From the NCBI RefSeq assembly GCF_009914755.1, contig NC_060934.1: a DNA stretch of 64,000 bases. One strand, given 5' to 3'. The first letter of the stretch is position 1. Every line of letters begins with the position of its first letter. The notes under the pieces were generated by a model. The model was not told the origin of the DNA. It searched no databases and saw only the letters and a program-made list of their open reading frames with translations. Below are positions 60,800 through 64,000 of this stretch, piece after piece. Source of the stretch: the human T2T-CHM13v2.0 reference genome, Homo sapiens. The translations under genes and the position numbers were made by a program.

Positions 60800-61320
60800 C
60801 CATGACAACAGGTGACCTCTATTTGGAATTGTCAACAAACATTAATAGGCCTTCCAAAACACATACGCTGTAATATAAGGGATTGGTTGCCTGAAGGGAG
60901 GGCCGGGTATTCAGCAGCACTGGGGCAGCTCTTACAGGATGTCAGCAGACGTGGTTAATTGGTAATGATTAGGGCTGTCTGCAAGCTGATTCCCTAAGTT
61001 TGGTGAACACATAATTGTTGTATGTAACCCCGAGCGGCTTTGCTCTTTCATCTATATGAAGAGATCAGAAAAGAGAGATTTACGGCTTAGGTTGCCCCAA
61101 GCCACACATAGCAGGCTTAATTTTCCTTTCCAAGGGAATTTGAAGACTGCTGTTGTGACTAGTTCTCTGTGGCTTATATGGTATGTTGAGGTCACCTGCG
61201 AGTTTTTGTTAAATGATTGATTGACTGAAATTAATTATTCTGTCAGAGCTGTAATGGCGGTAAGATGGGGTGCACTGATAAATACAAAAGCTAAAGTGAT
61301 TCTTATAAATGCACTATGTC
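60800..61320. promoter_or_regulatory. Candidate enhancer-like unique block
   Basis: TGATTGAT at 61214 with CTGTCA at 61240; ttaattggtaatgattag homeodomain cluster near 60955. Confidence 0.35.
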
Positions 61321-62242
61321 TCTTTCTATTTAAATAAATCAGACAGAATACATAGATCCTGGATGGTGTTGAGTGTCCCCTCCCCATTTTCCTCTATAGC
61401 CCTGAGCTGTTTTCTTTCCAAATCTGAAGCTTTGAAATGAGCGGCTATTTACTCAATTTAACTGCAGGATATTTGAATCCTTTGTCACTTCATTCCTTCT
61501 AACCTTTCCCCAAACACCTCAGCCCCTGATAAGAGGCTGATGCCCATGACTGCCTTAGATTAAATCAACTGAATTGAGAGTCTGTGTTTGAGCTAATGGC
61601 TAGGCAACTTGGGGAATGTGGCTGGTGAGTTGGAGAGTGGATAGAAGGCAGGTGTTTGCTTCTAAATGTCAGATTTCTGAGGCATGGAAACCACCCTGTA
61701 GGGCCCTTTTAGGAGGGCAGTGAAAGCAGCTGTTTAGTGACAGACTGTCTGCAGTTTGGGTCCTTAAATCCCATGAAGGGATTCCAGTGGCTGGTTAAGG
61801 AAATGCCAAAATGACTCTTTCGATTACCTTGCAAAGGGCATGAGATTATTTATAAGTGATGTATCCAACTTACTTCCAAGTCACTGGAAACGATCGTTAG
61901 AAAAAGCCTTTTCCCACACAGGCCCTGATCATGACAAAGGTTCCAGGACATCTTCTGGGAGTGGCACCAGGTTCAAAATGAGCAAGAACACATGGGAGGT
62001 ACAGAAAAAGACTTGTGGGCAAATTGGCCAAGACAGCAGAATAACAAACCCAGGTCTCGCGTGCGGTATGCCTGTGGGGAAAACATCTATGGAGTAGGGT
62101 CGTCTAGTCCTTTGTGTAAGTGTGAAAAACTTGTTGGCATTGGATAGGGTGATATGCTTCCCAAGTCTGTTACCAACACTCCTAAGTTAAAAGTAAACAG
62201 CAGTCACTTGCTTCCTTGGTTCTTAGATTCTAGTGTGCTCTT

Positions 62243-62380
62243 TTAGAATATTCTAGAGTGCTTGTTAAATATGCAGATTCCTGGGAACCACCTCCAGTGA
62301 GTCTAATTTCTTAGATATGACACAGAGCTTGGGACTCTTCATTTTCTTCAGTAAGTTCCATGGTGATTTTGGTGCAGATT
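62243..62380. mobile_element. MER5-like hAT MITE fragment
   Basis: gcttgttaaatatgcagattcctggg...catggtgattttggtgcag. Confidence 0.6.
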
Positions 62381-63759
62381 GTCCCAACTGTCCAGTTCTT
62401 TATTTAACAATTGATCAGACCAGGGGCCAAGAGAAGAAACTACAGCTGTTCCATTTGACAAAAATAGCCCTCCAAAAGGCCTGCGACTAGTCAACATGCA
62501 GATGGAACTTCTTGAGTTTGAGTAATTTTACGCATCTTAAGATCAGCCCTGGCTATTTCAATGCCAATCATCTTGAGGTATACCAGCTATTGAATGCATG
62601 GCTCCCTGAATATCTCAGAAAATGAAATGGTTAAAATAGGAGGGGTATTGAAAATTGCTGTTTCTTGTTGATAGTTAAAATTTCATTGGCTGGATGTGAT
62701 TTAAGCAGCAACATAAGATTCATTTAAACTGTCATAAATTAAGACATCCTATTATGGAGGGAAATTTTTTAGAAATCTTTCCCAGCAATTTCTAAAAAGA
62801 GTAGGACTAACTTGGAACTCTTTGTAGTCATTCCTGCTAAAGGTAAGAATGGGCGTGCTCTCTCTAGTCTATTACCCTGTGATTTAGTTAGGTAGAGCTC
62901 AGACTTGCACTGCTCCGAACAATGTGTTGTGAAGTTAAATTGAAGGCCTGAAAAGGTATGCATATATCCCACTACTTTATGAACTCTGTGACTCATAATG
63001 CCTTACAATATATTTGAAAGCAAATTAAAGACTTTATAAAATGTTTTTAAGTATGCCCCTCCTCTTTTAAAACATTTATGGCTTCTATAAATGCTATATA
63101 AAATGCTTTGGAGAGTGGTCATCGCTGGACTAAGGCTAGGTTGCATAAATATTTAGTTAGAGATATGAGCGTGTTTCTTGAAGCTGTACATGTGTCGGAG
63201 TTTCCTTGCTGTTCCTGCAAAGTCAGGCCTGTTAGCAATGTGATGGAAGATAAAGGAAGCGGGGAGCCAAGATGGAAATGCATATTTGCCATCGCAGGGG
63301 ATAGTGCTCCATTAAAGTATCACTGTTTTTGTTTCTGTACTTAAAAAATTTAAACATGTCTTTGATTGCAGACTGTTTTCATTGTGTCATTTTAAATAAT
63401 AATTAGGCTCCCTGCTTCAATCATTCTCTTTTAAAGTGATTTCGGAAGTCCATGACTGGAAAGATCCGGTATTTAAAGGAAAGGCACCTCTGAGGCTAAC
63501 AACTGGTGGTGTCATTTGACCAAGAACTTTCCCAGAAAATTCATCTGGGGATCCTTAGGCTCTTTTAGAATATTGAGTTTTGTTTTATTGTTATTTTTAA
63601 TCCCAAATACACCAGATGTTATTATTATCGCATATCTCTGGGAAGAGAAGAAGCTAAGATGAATGTGCCCTTATTTTTTATGTACTTCTAGTAGCTGTGC
63701 AATCTTCAATGACAGTGAACAGAATATATGCCCATGAAACTGACCAGAAAACAAAAATG

Positions 63760-64000
63760 TGTTGCTGTCTGCAATGTGCCAGTCACTGTGATAGGCAGTG
63801 AGCTTCAAAAATGAGTAAAGCATGGCCCTAGGGAGTCAGAGATCCAAGCAGAAAATTATAGTAAAATGTGATAAAATGTGTATAAGGAGAGGCCTGCAGC
63901 AGGAGAAGCTAATTCTAACTGGAGCTTTCAGGAGAAATGATGACTGTAAAGTGAGGAGGTAGAATCTGTGTATTCATTATTTAGCTTGAAAGCACTAACT
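63760..64000 (-). mobile_element. L2 fragment
   Basis: atgtgccagtcactgtgataggcagtgag...aaatgagtaa...gctttcagga. Confidence 0.45.

Overview
This is primate (human-like) non-coding genomic DNA: AT-rich, CpG-depleted and dense in repeats. I found no recognisable host protein-coding gene, RNA gene, CpG-island promoter or CRISPR array, and I could not identify the locus. The dominant feature is a full-length (~6.15 kb) but inactive L1PA3/PA4-type LINE-1 on the minus strand (12744-18891). It has a perfect 13-bp target-site duplication (TSD), retains the ~129-bp 5'UTR segment bound by ZNF93, and carries an intact antisense ORF0 that reads through the L1 boundary into flanking DNA (171 aa). The window also holds 14 Alus, five complete MaLR solo LTRs, an ERV1 solo LTR nested in another, Tigger3a/MER58/MER119/MER5 DNA-transposon relics, older L1/L2/MIR fragments and a perfect ABABA 21-bp minisatellite. 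Several repeat-free blocks carry Pbx-Hox/Meis/TCF/Sox motifs or retain CpGs and resemble developmental enhancers. Repeat orientation bias and one well-formed 61-nt candidate exon suggest the window may lie in an intron of a + strand transcript. Nothing here supports a genuinely new biological system; the best leads are the extended ORF0 and the enhancer-like blocks. Subfamily names are by-eye matches to remembered consensus sequences.
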